The notes beneath the pieces were generated by a model, which was not told the origin of the DNA, did not search any database, and saw nothing but the letters and a program-made list of their open reading frames with translations. This document shows positions 26,115 to 40,277 of a stretch of DNA of 64,000 bases, one piece after another. Every line of letters starts with the position of its first letter. Positions within the stretch are counted from its first letter, which is position 1. A program made the translations under genes and the position numbers. The DNA is from Octopus vulgaris (taxonomy: Eukaryota), in NCBI GenBank assembly GCA_951406725.2, contig OX597829.1, positions 10,416,001-10,480,000 on the forward strand, in the 5' to 3' direction.

Positions 26115-26252
26115 AATTAGGGTATCTACGAGATACCGTCATGCTGAAAATAGCAGCCATGATCTGACACTAAAACCACCTTAATTGTCCATATCGCAAA
26201 CACGGAGAGAAAACAAAGAGACAAGATGAAACTAGTAAAAAATTACTGGAAA

Positions 26253-26310
26253 ATTCTAGATCCGGATTTCTGACTTTGCATTTAGAAATGCTTTCCCTCG
26301 TCAGTTGAAT
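26253..26310 (-). ncRNA. Decayed type I hammerhead motif
   Basis: ATTCAA-CTGACGA-gggaaaGCATTTctAAATGCaaagtca-GAAA-TCCGGA-TC-TAGAAT; base of stem II broken. Confidence 0.6.
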
Positions 26311-26380
26311 ACACACAGAAAAGAGACATAAATACATATATATATAAGCACAACATACGAATACTTACATATACGAACGT

Positions 26381-26431
<51 letters not shown>

Positions 26432-26619
26432 AGTATGCGTCACTGTATTTACTGCGGTGATATTTTAACCATATCTCACATGGAATTAAACGGCGAGTAT
26501 TTTGAACTGTGCATATATACGTATGCATACGTACAGATATATGCATATATACGTATGCATACGTACATAGATATGCATATATATGTATGTATACGTTCGT
26601 ATATGTATGTATACGTACC

Positions 26620-27028
26620 CTTTACTCTTTTACCCTTTTACTTGTTTCAGTCATTTGACTGCGGCCATGCTGGAGCACCGCCTTTAGTCGAGCAAATCGA
26701 CCCCGGGACTTATTCTTTGTAAGCCCAGTACTTATTCTATCGGTCTGTTTTGCCGAACCGCTAAGTGACGGGGACGTAGACACACCAGCATCGGTTGTCA
26801 AGCAATGCTAGGGGGACAAACACAGACTAACAAACACATACACACACATATATATACATATATACGATAGGCTTCTTTCAGTTTCCGTCTACCAAATCCA
26901 CTCACAAGGCATTGGTGGGCCCGGGGCTATAGCAGAAGACACTTGTCCAAGATGCCACGCAGTGGGACTGAACCCGGAACCATGTGGTTGGTTAGCAAGC
27001 TACTTACCACACAGCCACTCCTGCGCCT
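26620..27028 (-). mobile_element. Full-length tRNA-derived SINE
   Basis: Head GGCGCAGGAGTGGCTGTGTGGTAAG..GGTTCCGGGTTCAGTCCCAC, internal (CA)n, tail GCATGGCCGCAGTCAAATGACTGAAACAAGTAAAAG; several copies in window. Confidence 0.88.
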
Positions 27029-27277
27029 TACGTAGGTTGTATTTATATATATATATGTATTTGTATTTCTCTTCTGTGTGTATTTTACTGACGAGGCAAA
27101 GCATTCCTAAATACAAGGTGGTTTTAGAGTCAGATCATGGCTGCTATTTTCAGCATGGTGGTATCTCGTAGATACCCTAATTTATAATTTTAATAATTAT
27201 TACCTTTGAAGGTTATTCTTTCCATGCTGGCCACTTGATAAAATCGTTGTTTTATTTTAAATTAACGATCTTATCCT

Positions 27278-27401
<124 letters not shown>

Positions 27402-28379
27402 AACATATATATATTTGTATTTACACACAACAATTTGTTATAGAGAGAAGAATTGATGGATATCGTCGCCGAATCAGTTTTCACACCGACATGTAAAAGC
27501 AATACATAGAAATTAAATAAAATTAAATAGATCATGGAACTCGATCTCTTTCGGTTTCGACGATGTGATTTTCATTAACAGGAGATTCATTGTAAATATG
27601 ATGTAATTGCCTTAACTTTTTTAAAACATGTTGCGAAAATAATTTTACCAAATCCTCTAGCAATACATTTTTGACGAGAATTTGGGATAAATGTCTGCGA
27701 TGGCGTCCCGTCCAGCTGGGGGGAACACATACCTCACAGAAACCGGGAAACCGGGCCCATGAGCCTGACTAGGCTTGAAAAGGGCGCAAAAAATGGGGTA
27801 AATGTAATTACTTTCCAGCGAAAATTTATGCGCAATGTGGTAGTTTATCAATGCTTGCCTGTCTGCATAGAGCAGCTATCATTCTGAGAGAAATACCTAG
27901 GAGCTCCCGGCGTTGCGAGGGCTCATTTAACATAAACCCCTCAGATGGATGAAATAAATAGGAGAAAATACAAACAATCATAAATACCACAAAAGTGAAC
28001 ATTTGCGGCACAAAGTGGTAGATGTTTTCACAGCTTACCAACTTAGAAGGCATGGAAAAATTAATAAAATGTACGTAGTTAAAATCTTCAAGGAAAATTC
28101 AAAACTTCAACATAGGAATTTATTATAAGCATTGAACACAGCATTATTTCTGAGTTTCATTATATATATCTTAACGTGGATATTCTGTAATAAAGCCATA
28201 ACACTGCGGTATTCGTCTTGCGAAAGCATCTCGTATATGCTTATAGTGATAAAAATCACAAGAAGTGTGTCACTAGCGGACGAAACATGTCCTGCTGCTG
28301 ATGACACGCAAAGACGAAGAAATATAGATTAAGCAGTTCCATTGTCGCTCCTTGATTCTTTTCGTCTGCTACTGGTACC

Positions 28380-28680
28380 GGTACTCTGTCGGTTACGAAG
28401 ACGAGGGTTCCAGTTGAACCGATCAAAGGAACAGCTTTCTCGTGAAATTAACGTAGAAGCGACTGAGCACTCCACTGACGCGCGTATCCTTAAACGTAAT
28501 TCGCTGGGAACTTCAGTATGACACAGAATGTAACAAAGCTGACCCTTACAAGTACTACATATTTTTTGCCAGCTGAGTGGATTGGAGATACGTGAAATAA
28601 AGTGTCTTGCTCAAGGGCACAATGCATCGCCAGGAATTGAACTCACGACCTTACGATTGTGAGCCAAATACCCTCACTGC
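28380..28680 (-). mobile_element. tRNA-derived SINE (family of 24206-24520)
   Basis: Colinear similarity to 24206-24520. Confidence 0.78.
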
Positions 28681-29077
28681 TACTGATACATACGTGTACT
28701 TTTTAGCATTATGCATTTATACAAGAAGCTTTCTCACGGCGAATACTGCAGCTTTGTAACTTACGTTATGTAGAATGCTATTTTAAAAGTGGAACGCAAG
28801 TCACTGAGAGAAATTCTGTTATTGGAAAATATTATTGTACACGATTTGTTTCTAATCCACAAGGATTAGAAGCGTAAAGAACAATACAGAAGGACAGATT
28901 GACATTCTAAATTAGATTGCCTCCATATACAGACAAATCTTGAAGTCAAAAATGAAAACTCTTTCTTCCATATAATTAATGCCCTATGTCCTGACTAAAT
29001 AGCATGTACAAACTTTAACCTAGCTGTCGCAACTAATTCCTCATTGACTATTGTGAAATCAACCATAAAGTAAATAA

Positions 29078-29312
29078 GGCGACGAATGGCGGAAACATTA
29101 AAACGCCGGGCTAAGTGCTTAGCAGTATTTCGTCTGCCGTTACGTTCTAAGTTCAAATTCCGCCGAGGTCGACTTTGCCTTTCATCCTTTCGGGGTCGAT
29201 TAAATAAGTACCAGTTACGCACTGGGGTCGATGTAATCGACTTAATCCGTTTGTCTGTCCTTGTTTGTCCCCTCTGTGTTTAGCCCCTTGTGGGTAGTAA
29301 AGAAATAGGTAT
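29078..29312 (+). mobile_element. SINE with Meta-like central domain
   Basis: GTTCAAATTCCGCCGAGGTCGACTTTGCCTTTCATCCTTTCGGGGTCGATTAAATAAGTACCAG; repeated at 38137-38428, 57735-57920, 62010-62170. Confidence 0.82.
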
Positions 29313-29940
29313 AGTAAATGATGATCTAGCAGATGAAAAGAAGTGAGTGTGAGGGTGTACATATCTTAAGCAATAAAACCGCGTTGTCTGAAATAAGAGT
29401 AACAGAAATTTTGATACAGTATAGATTGTTCGCAGGAAGGTATCCGCTCATGGAAGGGCATATATTTGGATGAAGACAGATAGAAATAGAGAAGGTGAGA
29501 GACAGACAGACAAACAGATAGAAAGTGTGATTGAGAGAAAAGAGAGAGGCAAGATTTGTGGAATTAAGGAAGAGAGAGAGAGAGAAAAAACAGAAAACTC
29601 AAGAGACATACAGAGAGAAAGTGAGCCCGAGAGACTCAGACAAAAACTTGTAAAGAATGAGATGCTTAGTCAAAACTGGAGTTAAAGTAAACATGCAAGA
29701 GAAAGATGGTGAAAATACAATGAAGTTTAATATAAAGTGGGGAAAGAAAGGCTGCCAAGGCATAGCAAAGACATCACCACGTCTCTCTCCTTCCTTCTTC
29801 CTCTCTCTCCCTCCTGCTTTTTTCTGGGGTATTTCTCAACCGTACTTTTATGTATAAAATTGAAGCACGTTTAGTTGAAAGTACTTTTTGGCTACAACGA
29901 CAAGAAAATATTAAGAACTTATATAGCTAGCTAGCTACAC

Positions 29941-30010
<70 letters not shown>

Positions 30011-31099
30011 TACATACATACATAAATACATACATACTTACATACATACACACATACATACATACATACATACATACATACATACATACATACATACATA
30101 CATACATACATGCATACATACATACATGCATACATACATATGTATATACTTATCTATGCCAGTACCTCTAAGTATACATATATGCATGTACAATCATACA
30201 TAAATATACACACATGCATATACACATGAATGTGTGTACGTTTGTGCGTGTGTGTGTGCGCGCGCATCTAAATATAAATACACCTGTAAAGGCTAAGTGA
30301 GTGTCAGGATGTAATTAAAGACCCAGTCGTGTCAAGCATATTTATAAATTAACATAATGCAATTAGCGCAATTATAATGATATAAATTAATTAAATTAGG
30401 TAAGCCATTTATAGATTTTTATTCATTTCTGTCTTTACCGGTTATTACATTGCGCATTCAATACTACTTATGTGAAATTTTCGACCATCCGAGAACTGTT
30501 CCAAATACAGTACAGTTTTAAAAGAATTAGATCGTTCAAGCGTCTCTACACTTTCAGCCATCTAAACAGTTTTCAAAATTACCGTGGAGTTTCCACGGGT
30601 ATTACCAGTATACATAAATGCAAATATAGACAGACTCATACATGCATATTTACATTAAAGTAACTGATAGGAGAATCGGGTGGCCTTCTTTTTTGCACTT
30701 ATTGCGACTCTGTGATTTGAGTTCGAATTCCATCAACATCAAGGTTCCCTTTCGTGTTTTCTGAGGAAGATAAATTACCTTCACTACTGTTGATTCTTCG
30801 TCTCTCCGCTCTTTTATTTTATTTTTTTCGGATAAATTTACAGTAAGAAGACCTGGAGAGGGACGGGAACCGCCAGTTTTTCAAATGCCCAAATCATACT
30901 CTGTCAAGACGTTGCCGACCGTACTTTGTCAGACGTTAAAACACTGCGCATATTTGCACGCATACATAGATATCTATCTTGATGACGTTGTCAAGATTCC
31001 AATAAAAAGGCCCTTTTTCGGGGTTAGGAAACGATCTTATTTTTATTGATGAGCAAATGTTAAAATTAAATCGGAACATATTTGCATATATACACAGCG

Positions 31100-32250
31100 A
31101 CGTCGACTGAATCAGAAGTAAACATGAGAGAAGAGATTTAAGATCTATCTAAACGTTCTCTGAGTATCGTGTGGTTTTTTATTAAAAATTCATTGGATGA
31201 ACAACAGTAGCAAAAATAATTTCATCAGCTGGGCCTTCACACGCAAAGACAGTACCTTTCTGATCAGGAGTGAATTTCTTAAAAATTTCGTTTCCGATGA
31301 CGTTCCATATGACCTCAGAACTGTTAAGCTAACCTACCTCAACAAATATCAGAAGAAATACTCTGAATACTAAAAAAGAAAAGACATTGAGATCGGATGT
31401 GTTGGGTATGTTTCTCGTATACTCAAGAATGGTACTACTATCGATAAAAAGAGTGGCCTTTCTTTGGCTCGGGAGCGTTATAAGTGAGCCGCAATTTGAA
31501 GTTTACGGCAAAAAACTGAGAAGTGCCCAGAGACTGCCCTGCATGCAGTCTCGAAGGAGAGATAGAATGGAGAGTGGTATGTCGCTAAGTCTCATTGATT
31601 GGGAACTATTAATGGTTTCCGATTCAGCCACAAGGCCAATAATTTTGAAAAATGTGTCTCAGAGTGTATTCGGCAGGTGTCACAAAGGCGTAATGGATGA
31701 TTGCTACGATAGACAAAGAATGAAGGATATGAGATGCTGGTAGTCGAGTTGGGATCAGGCTGCACATAATGAATGCATAACTCCAATAAATAATTAAGAT
31801 AAATTTTTTTAATGTTCAAATAATTTTCGTGTTGGTCACGAATTAGAAATTGCAACAACAAGGTAAAAATATTATGAAACTCTTATAAATAGTTGATTAA
31901 AAAGGTTATGTAATAATGTTGCCAGGACAGGAGAAAATATACATCCTGGATTCACGCCGGTAAACTGTAGCGGTATATCCAGATTGAGTAAGGGCTGTGT
32001 AACGGATACTAATAATAGCAAAATTAATATGTGGTTAGCGTAGTCGCGGACCGTCAAACATTGAAGTAAATGGTGATAAGTGTGAAAATGAATAGGCCGG
32101 TCTCTTCGCGAATATGCTTGGCAAGATGGAAATGCATTATAGCCCGGGCGTCTCAATACTCTGCGAAGTTGGTATTAAAAATATGCTGGTTTATAAGTCT
32201 TGAAGAGGGACGTTCTACTGGCTTCTACAAGGATTTCTATCACGTGATGT
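31100..32250 (-). mobile_element. Possible ancient RNase H-containing LINE remnant
   Basis: Only short remnants (ATLFIDS; VIGNEI near 31290) resembling RNase H motifs; no continuous frame. Confidence 0.25.
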
Positions 32251-33944
32251 CTGGCTGCTGATTGAACCATAACTTAGCTGATCACGTGAACTAGCTGTTA
32301 GTAAACCATGATTTCAACTTGGCAATTTGTCGACTCAGTTTCGAGTCTGACTACAAAGGGATTAGTCGATATCATCATTGTCAGTATTTGACTGTTACTT
32401 TATTTTATTAATCCTGAAAGAATGAAATGTAAAATGGACATCGGCAGGATTTAAATTCAGTTTGTAAAAAGTCGGAATTAACACTGCAATTCATTTCTCC
32501 AAGGATACAACGATTCTACCAAAAACCAAATAAATTTTCCAACACTTAACTGTTAAACAAATTTTATAATTTTCCATGATGAGTGCGCCAATATTTTTTA
32601 GCTTCATATATGAAGTCACTGCGCCAATAATTATCTGTTTAAACTCCATTGCTCAAAAAGACGGTCGACCACTGCCGCAGACTAGTAATAATTGCTGCGT
32701 TCTCTCGTTCTCTCCTGCTTCTGTTATAGCTATCAACAAAACCTACAGAATAGAGGAAAGTAGAATTGGATAGGGAAGGAACTACTTGCTTGTATTGCTA
32801 CACTATACCACAAAAAATAACTCACTGCATGGTAGCGTACACGATGGTTATTTTTTAACGAATAAGCATCTATAGCAATAAACATACGTATCGTACTTAG
32901 TTGTTTGATCGACTATTTTACATGCCAAATCTCTGCCCGTTTCTAGCTAACTTAAGGCCAAACAGCAACAGCGGCAGTTTGCAGATTGTTTAGTCACGTG
33001 CTCCTGTCAACGATACACAGAGCCTCTGTCGACGAAACTTCTTCATGAGTGCACGGAAAATACAGAGACAACGGCGGAAACAGAGAGACAAACAGACAGA
33101 GGTGGGTAGAGAGAATGGGAGAAAAAGTAAATCTACGAGAATCTCGTACATGTGTATATGTATGAACGAATTCGTTTGTGTATCTCTACTCTAACTTTCT
33201 CTTTCACCTTACCATACAACTCTGGTGTCAATAAGAAAATGAAGGATACTAATACCACCAATTTCTCGTTGTTAGCGCAACTCCTCATTTAGGGTGCCCC
33301 TCTATATGATCAGTAAATGATCGCATAAAATTTAACACTTACGATAGGAATTCACCTTTAGTATTAGATAATTATGTGAATTCGTCCTCAAAGTTCTTAC
33401 CAACGATTCCTTGAAATTTAAGGTATTCAACTATTCTATTTTGTAATGGTTAAATTGGAAAAAGTGAGACTGAGTCCGAAAACATATTTCTGATAATGAT
33501 GATGATGATGACGACGACGACGATGATGATGATGATGATGATGATGGTGATGATAAACTATCTGCTTAGTTTCTGAGACATCAAGTGAGAGCTTATTTCC
33601 CATTCGCCAATTGTATACATTTAAATATTAATTGTGCATACTGCTTATATTTGTTGTATTCATGTCTGAAAGCAGGGAAGAGAAAATCAATGATGTGTGA
33701 TAAGCAATTAAAATATAAATCTCATCATTCTGAGATTCTGCATATTACGTCCATATAAAAGATATTAAATAAAACGGATCCTTGAAAAGAACCGTAGAAA
33801 ACACCAAGGAAGTAGTTAAAGAATATCATATTTAATTTCTTATTCCTTAATTACGTAATTTAGAATGCAGCATATAATGATCCAGATGGTCAAGGTTTCT
33901 GTAATGTCCAAGAATATATAGAGTTTTTTTCTTTTTGTTTGATA

Positions 33945-34828
33945 CTACCCCAAACAAACCAGAATTTTGCAATATTATTTTATTCACTTAGTTCTACATG
34001 TTTTACACTTTTATTGCCTTCAAAGTATTCTCCATTTGAAGCAACGCTTTGGTCCAGATGCGTTTTTCACCGTTAGAAGCAATCCCAGAACTCTTGCGAA
34101 GTGATGCCTTTTAACGCCTCCGTCGGTTTTCTCTTTACCTCTTCCACATTTACAAATTCAGTAACACCGGCTTTTGTCACCAGTTATAACCTTCGAAAAA
34201 AGGTCCGGATCATCGTTCAACTGTTCTTTCAGTTCACGACACGCATTCACCTGTGACTACTTTTGATGTTCCGTGAGCAAGTGAGGCACAGATTTTGCTG
34301 CAACTCTTTTTATTCGCAATCGCTCAAAATTCGTCTGCAGGAACTCCAGAACATACCAGTCATATCAACAAGTTCGTCAATTGTTCGGTGACGGTCCTCC
34401 AAGATCACTTCACCAATTTTCATGATGTTTTCAATCGGGCGGGAGGTCGACGGTCTCCCTGAACGAGGCTGAACTTTAAACGACAAGTGATCATTCCTAA
34501 AGCGTGGAAACCACTTATAGACTTGTGTTTTGCTCATAGCAGCCTCCTTGTAAGCTGTCTGAAGCGGGACAACTGTTTCGGCCACCGTTTGTCTCAGCAG
34601 AAAACAGAATTTCGAGGAAGTATGCTGTTCCTTCATTTCAGCCATCGCAAAGATCGAGGAACACTGGAAAACAAATATACACCACGTGGCAATACGACAA
34701 CAACGGACGACACCGGCCAGCAGACTATTGCCAGAGGGTTGCATTAAGTGGCTTCCAGCGGCAAAAGTCCAAACTGCAACAGGCTCGTCCGACAGAAAAC
34801 GTTTCCATTTACTTTTGGGTACCTCCTC

Positions 34829-34829
<1 letters not shown>
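33945..34829 (-). mobile_element. Internally deleted mariner-type transposon
   Basis: TA + TGAGGAGGTACCCAAAAGT terminus; EQH..KFCF....AETV..LQ.AY.E.AMSKTQVYKWF.RF..PRSGRPSTS HTH, ITGD, C-terminal GEYFEG; most of the catalytic domain missing. Confidence 0.82.
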
Positions 34830-34861
<32 letters not shown>

Positions 34862-34862
34862 A

Positions 34863-34949
<87 letters not shown>

Positions 34950-34970
34950 ACCATATATATATATTAATTT

Positions 34971-35005
<35 letters not shown>

Positions 35006-35169
35006 GATGTGTCTGTGTGGTAAGAAGCTTGCTTCCCAACTACATGGTTCCATGTTCAGAGGAAATATCTTTATTTATATTGAAGATGAAAAATAAAATC
35101 ACATATTGCAAAAAGAGAAACAAACACGTAATCCAGCGAGAAAAGTATTAAAAATGACCATCAATAAAT

Positions 35170-36110
35170 ATGGATGTATAAACGCATGGCGCGAGTACAC
35201 TCGCTCATACAAGCATCGGCAAAAATGTGAGCATAAACACAAATGAGGTTTGGTGACTCATGATCACAAAGCTAGTTAGCTATCTACTTGGTGTTTGTAA
35301 GAATGAGGCGGTTAAAAGTAAACTTAAGTCATCCATACCATATTGAGTCGTAAATTAAATTATGTTAACGGTTACTCAAAATTGATTCTCACTGCATTGT
35401 GCCAAAGTACATTTATAAGAGTGTCGGCATCTCGAGAGTCATTCAGAAATTCTTTTAATGATCTTCTCGTTAGTCCATAGAACAGGCAGGAGTAGAGACG
35501 GCACCTCATCGAAATTATATTTTATGGTTTCGCGTACCTTCCTATGGACCAAGTTAGGCTGTATTTCATTTTATCCTCCTTCGATCACCATACAAAATCT
35601 GCAAAATATGTTGAATATCTGTTATTGGTTGTCTTAAAACTGGCAACATGGTTATGATAACGACCTTAAATGAATCGGCCATTCGCTCAATGTAAACATA
35701 CGTCCCTCCCTTTGTGTGCATGGTACATTTATATACAAGATTAATACTCATACAGAGATTGATCAAAGGACATTTTGAATTTTCTCTGCATGAGCATGTA
35801 TCGTATTTATTTGTATATATGATAGTTCCGACTCTATTTACCGTGTTAGCTGTATCACAAGTATTTCTACTACTACAAATTGGTCGTAATTAGTGTTTAT
35901 CATTGCGATTTACATCTCCTTGGTTGGAATTTAGATGCAAATGTTCGCTAGATCCAGTAAGTAGGTTATTGAAACTTTGCCGCATTTTGCCATCGTCTAT
36001 GCGGTGCATATGCTGCTCTAAATTAGCAGAGTTGGCGCAGAATACTTTCACGGTGTGCTGATTAAAAATAGCATGACACCGATTAGATTTAGATGTGTAT
36101 GATTGTGTAT
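35170..36110 (-). mobile_element. Second, older Naiad-type PLE fragment (linker + GIY-YIG + 3' region)
   Basis: HAIFNQHTVKV, CSCRENSKCPLINLC..NLVYKC..VYI..FK, ..SRCRH; HHR remnant at 35175-35211. Confidence 0.65.
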
Positions 36111-36117
36111 AGAAGAA

Positions 36118-36303
36118 TATATTAATCAAAGGAATTCCAAGTTCGTCTAATTTTCAAGTTTTATTTACAATCTTGTAATAATATTAAATAAAGTACTAAG
36201 TTCAATCAAAATATTCTATCACTTCAATTTATTACATTATCTTATATTATATTGTTATAAGATTGTAAATAATAAATGAGAATCAAAGTTGGAATTCCAT
36301 TGA

Positions 36304-36311
<8 letters not shown>
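36118..36311. repeat. Decayed inverted repeat next to the PLE fragment
   Basis: ATATTAATCAAAGGAATTCCAA / TTGGAATTCCATTGATTAATAT and TTATTTACAATCTTGTAATAAT / ATTGTTATAAGATTGTAAATAA. Confidence 0.7.
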
Positions 36312-36363
<52 letters not shown>

Positions 36364-36413
36364 CGCTAGTCACTAAATCTTTTTTATTTTCTGTCTCTGT
36401 TTATTTCTGTGTT

Positions 36414-36451
36414 TCTTTCTGTCGAAGAGCGTAGGCTCGGAACGTAAAAGA
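36414..36451 (+). ncRNA. Variant, probably inactive minimal hammerhead in a short PLE-terminus-like repeat (36361-36536)
   Basis: TCTTT-CTGTCGA-A-GAGC(gtag)GCTC-GGAA-CG-TA-AAAGA; core has two substitutions. Confidence 0.5.
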
Positions 36452-36534
36452 CTTTCTCAATTCCTGAGCGTTAAACTAATATATCTGTTTGTTGTTTACA
36501 CACCCGTCTTTTGTCTTGTTCTTTTTTTTTCCAG

Positions 36535-36585
<51 letters not shown>

Positions 36586-37416
36586 AGCGTTATTAATTAA
36601 AAAACGAAAACAAAGATAAAAATAAACCAATATAACGGCCTTAAAATATATTTGTATGCTATTAAGTATTCTAATGTTTATATACCTTATCGTATTAGTT
36701 TTTATATACCAGGAACGAAAAATTACATATATATATATTGATAAGTTACCAAATTATGGTTGGTAGCGATATAGCATCCAAGAGGGTGCCGTAGTCGCTT
36801 TTACCGGTTATTAATGGTGGCTAATTAATGGTGGCGAGTGTATAAAAATACTCCAGGTAATTTTATTTACTAACGTCAGTCTATCTTCACATCGGTAAAT
36901 CCATATTTAGATTATATCTTAACAAAGCTGTTGATTTTACCCTGAAGAAGTGCCAACTAACATAAAGATGTAAATTTTGCAGTGTGCATTAGTTAAAACA
37001 TGTTAAGTGTAGAAACGAAAATAAGTAATTAACTGTCAAACTAAAAGACGATTTGAAACGATGCAAGATTCTCTTTTCTTCCTGAGAAAACAAAGCAACA
37101 GAACGCAGTACCTGGAACCGGTCCTACTTCTCTTCAGTTCAAAGATTTGAACAAAGTTGACGCCAGCGTCGGGGTGAACTTCGTGCAATCATGAAGGCAT
37201 GCTGGCAAAATGCTGTTCTTCTAAATGGAAGCCTTACTTGTCATTGTGATTTTGTAGCCTTGCTGTCCACTCAAGAAAACACATAGTAAATGATCTATAA
37301 GCATTCGAGCAAACTCAGTCCTAAACTTTTTCCATTTGTAAAAAGGTTTTCAAGGCACCAGCAGGCCTCAAGAGACACATTAAGACTTTATTTTACAGAC
37401 CTCTCTCATTTGTCGT

Positions 37417-37620
37417 TCACGACAAGAGAATCCATTCGTGCATATAACGAGGACCACTTGTAAATGATGATGGGAGGATTATAAGTTGCTCTATGTTTTG
37501 AATATCACCATCTGTCCTCAGAGCACATTGGAGATGAACGTAATTTTTAGCCCTTAATTTTGTTTTATTGTTACGAATATGGAGGAGACGCGCACTCTCA
37601 ACTTTAGAATACATATCAAC
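37417..37620 (-). mobile_element. Helitron Rep-helicase coding fragment (Helitron_like_N region)
   Basis: MYSKVESARLLHIR.N..KLRA..YVHL..AL.....IILPSSFTSGPRYM. Confidence 0.8.
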
Positions 37621-38020
37621 GAGTTATTGCTGAAATATATAGCGGTACATGTGTGATTGATTTGATTGTTCTGATTTTAACATCAGTTGGTAAGGAAAAA
37701 GTCATTTGACGACACCTTTTTATTTGTAATTGGCTCTCCATGGAATATTGAAACGATACCCAACTTGTCCATTCCACAAAATAAGAGGATACTGGAGAGC
37801 ATCGTAAAAGGGATGAGTTTCTGAAAATGTTTAAAGTTGTTATCTCAAGCGCGAATGAGAATATCACGATTTTCAATGGGGATCACCTACTATAAGGATA
37901 GGAGCTTCATTAGAAGTGGGCTTATTAAAACGGCATAAAATATCCTTTACTGTAGTTTATCATAAACGTAACGAACGCAGAAATACACACTGACAGACAC
38001 ACACACACACACACTCATAC

Positions 38021-38104
<84 letters not shown>

Positions 38105-38136
38105 AATTGTCTAAGGCTTAACATGAAAATAATAAA

Positions 38137-38428
38137 AAAGGCAAAGTCGATCTCGGCGGAATTTGAACTCAGAACGTAAAGACAGACGAAATACCTATTT
38201 CTTTACTACCCACAAGGGGCTAAACACAGAGATGACAAACAAGGACAGACAAACGGATTATGTTGATTATATCGACCCCAGTGCGTAACTGGGACTTATT
38301 TAATCGACCCCAAAAGGATGAAAGGCAAAGTCGACCTCGGAGGAATTTGAACTCAGAACGTAGCGGCAGACGAAATACCGCTAAGCATTTCGCCCGGCGT
38401 TCTAACGTTTCTGCCAGCTCGCCGCCTT
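38137..38428 (-). mobile_element. Meta-domain SINE with partial tandem duplication
   Basis: Reverse complement of 29078-29312 plus an extra internal segment at 38137-38195. Confidence 0.8.
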
Positions 38429-39877
38429 GGATATTATTACAGATGTGCGTGATACTCCAGCTACCTCGACGATAACGATCACTTCTGAACTCAAAGTTCC
38501 ATGACCTACAGTGCCAGGACAGTTATCAACACAATGTTTTATAATGGCATTGAAGGATGTTCGTTTTCCGGTTTTGCTACCTTCTCTGTAATAGAGATAG
38601 ACTCAGAGAAAATTGCAATCCAAGACGAGTCCTAGCAGTAGGAAGATACCAGAAATTCATTGTGAAAGATCTCCTTAAAGCTGACTATTACAATCTTCTT
38701 AATTTTTTTTATTTTGTCTTCTTCGATTCACTTCATATTCAGTAGGGTAGTCAAGGAGTTTGTCTCCTTGGTAAATGTTCTGACAAGAAATAGAGATCCA
38801 TCAGAGCTAATGTTCTTTTACAGCGCGCTGGTTCACCATCGAAAAAGTACTTCTGTGTCCCTGTATACAACTGATGGGTCGTGGTTAACACTGTATTGAG
38901 TTAACCCGACAATCAAGTTTTTTTCTTGTTTGCTTTCTATGCCCCCTTCTCACAAGGCTAAACTGGTTGTGGGGTCAATGTGTCTTAACGACCTCTCCAT
39001 GTACTAGGCTCTTCTAGAATGTACTGGAGTGTCTCGGAACCAACGATGTTATCTGCCATATACACATAACATATAGAGATTTATTCGTTCACTTAACTGT
39101 TACATACACACACACGCACATGTTCATGTTGATGCACACACATATACATACACAAAATTACACAGACATTCTCTCACACTCTTCTCACATATTCTCACAC
39201 ATTTAATCATAGGCAAAGATGCATATACATACCTTACAAATATGTACACAAGTACACGTATACGCACAAACACGTTCATTTCATTTTATTTTACATGACT
39301 TAGAAGAGCGGGTGGGAGAGGGGATTACCTGTGACATTTCTTTTTAGGGTACCCCGAGACTCCTGGGGTGAAGTGAAGGGGAAAAAGGCCAGATGATTTG
39401 GTCTGAATACGGAACATATCTAACGGCCACACAGTCACACAAATACCCCTAGAATCCACTCAGTGTTCAAATTTGAGTACCCCTAATTGGTTAATTGACA
39501 AAGCCCTCTTAATAAATGACCCCTTAATGTTCCCTTACGATCAAACTATTGTTTATATATTGGTTTCATTGTCTCTTTATTTTTTTAAGATTTGTTACAT
39601 TGAGTATTGGAGCGTTGGGTGGGTGAGGTGAAGAATAAAGCGAAGGGAGCGGGAAAGTGGACATGTAGGAGAGAAGGGAGGTGAGAAACAAAGAGAAGAG
39701 AGAACAAAGAAGAGAGGGTGGGGAAGAGGGAGAAAGAGAATGACTGAGACACGGAGCAAAGCCAACAGTGACGCGTGCTAGGTACAGGGCTTCGTTAGAA
39801 GATATACACTTTTCAATAAACAGCTAACACTTCAGGCTGTCTTTATATGTACAAACACACGCACACATGCATGTGTA

Positions 39878-39908
<31 letters not shown>

Positions 39909-39966
39909 TTGAGTAATTGAATGAATTACCTTATTAAGGATAATTCAAAAGATAACCGATACATAC

Positions 39967-40018
<52 letters not shown>

Positions 40019-40054
40019 GTGTATATATGAGTATATATATGTATATATAGGCGC

Positions 40055-40085
<31 letters not shown>

Positions 40086-40116
40086 CTGTGTGTCTAAGTG
40101 TATCTATTCACGGTTT

Positions 40117-40151
<35 letters not shown>

Positions 40152-40242
40152 GTAGTTAATCCAAACATGAAAATACAACAACGCGAGGACGTGGAACAAG
40201 TATAGTATTATTGGACGCTCAGGAAAGACGGAAAGAAGGAGG

Positions 40243-40277
40243 GTTTAACGTTTCGAGCGGAGCTCTTCGTCGGAAAC
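40243..40277 (-). ncRNA. Variant minimal hammerhead in a PLE-terminus-like repeat (~40152-40356)
   Basis: GTTT-CCGACGA-A-GAGC(tcc)GCTC-GAAA-CG-TT-AAAC; U4C core variant with an extra A. Confidence 0.6.

Larger units (their letters stand above)
26106..27191. repeat. Spaced inverted repeat (arms ~26106-26182 and ~27115-27191), probable PLE terminal-repeat remnant
   Basis: AAATTATAAATTAGGGTATCTACGAGATACC..ATGCTGAAAATAGCAGCCATGATCTGAC.CTAAAACCACCTT is reverse-complemented at 27115-27191; decayed HHR just inside the left arm. Confidence 0.75.

Noticed and set aside
28275-28310. GAAA-CATG-TC followed by CTGATGA as a permuted hammerhead
   Set aside because: No stem II can form. It fits better as a type I HHR that lost its core and stem II, so it is counted only as a remnant.
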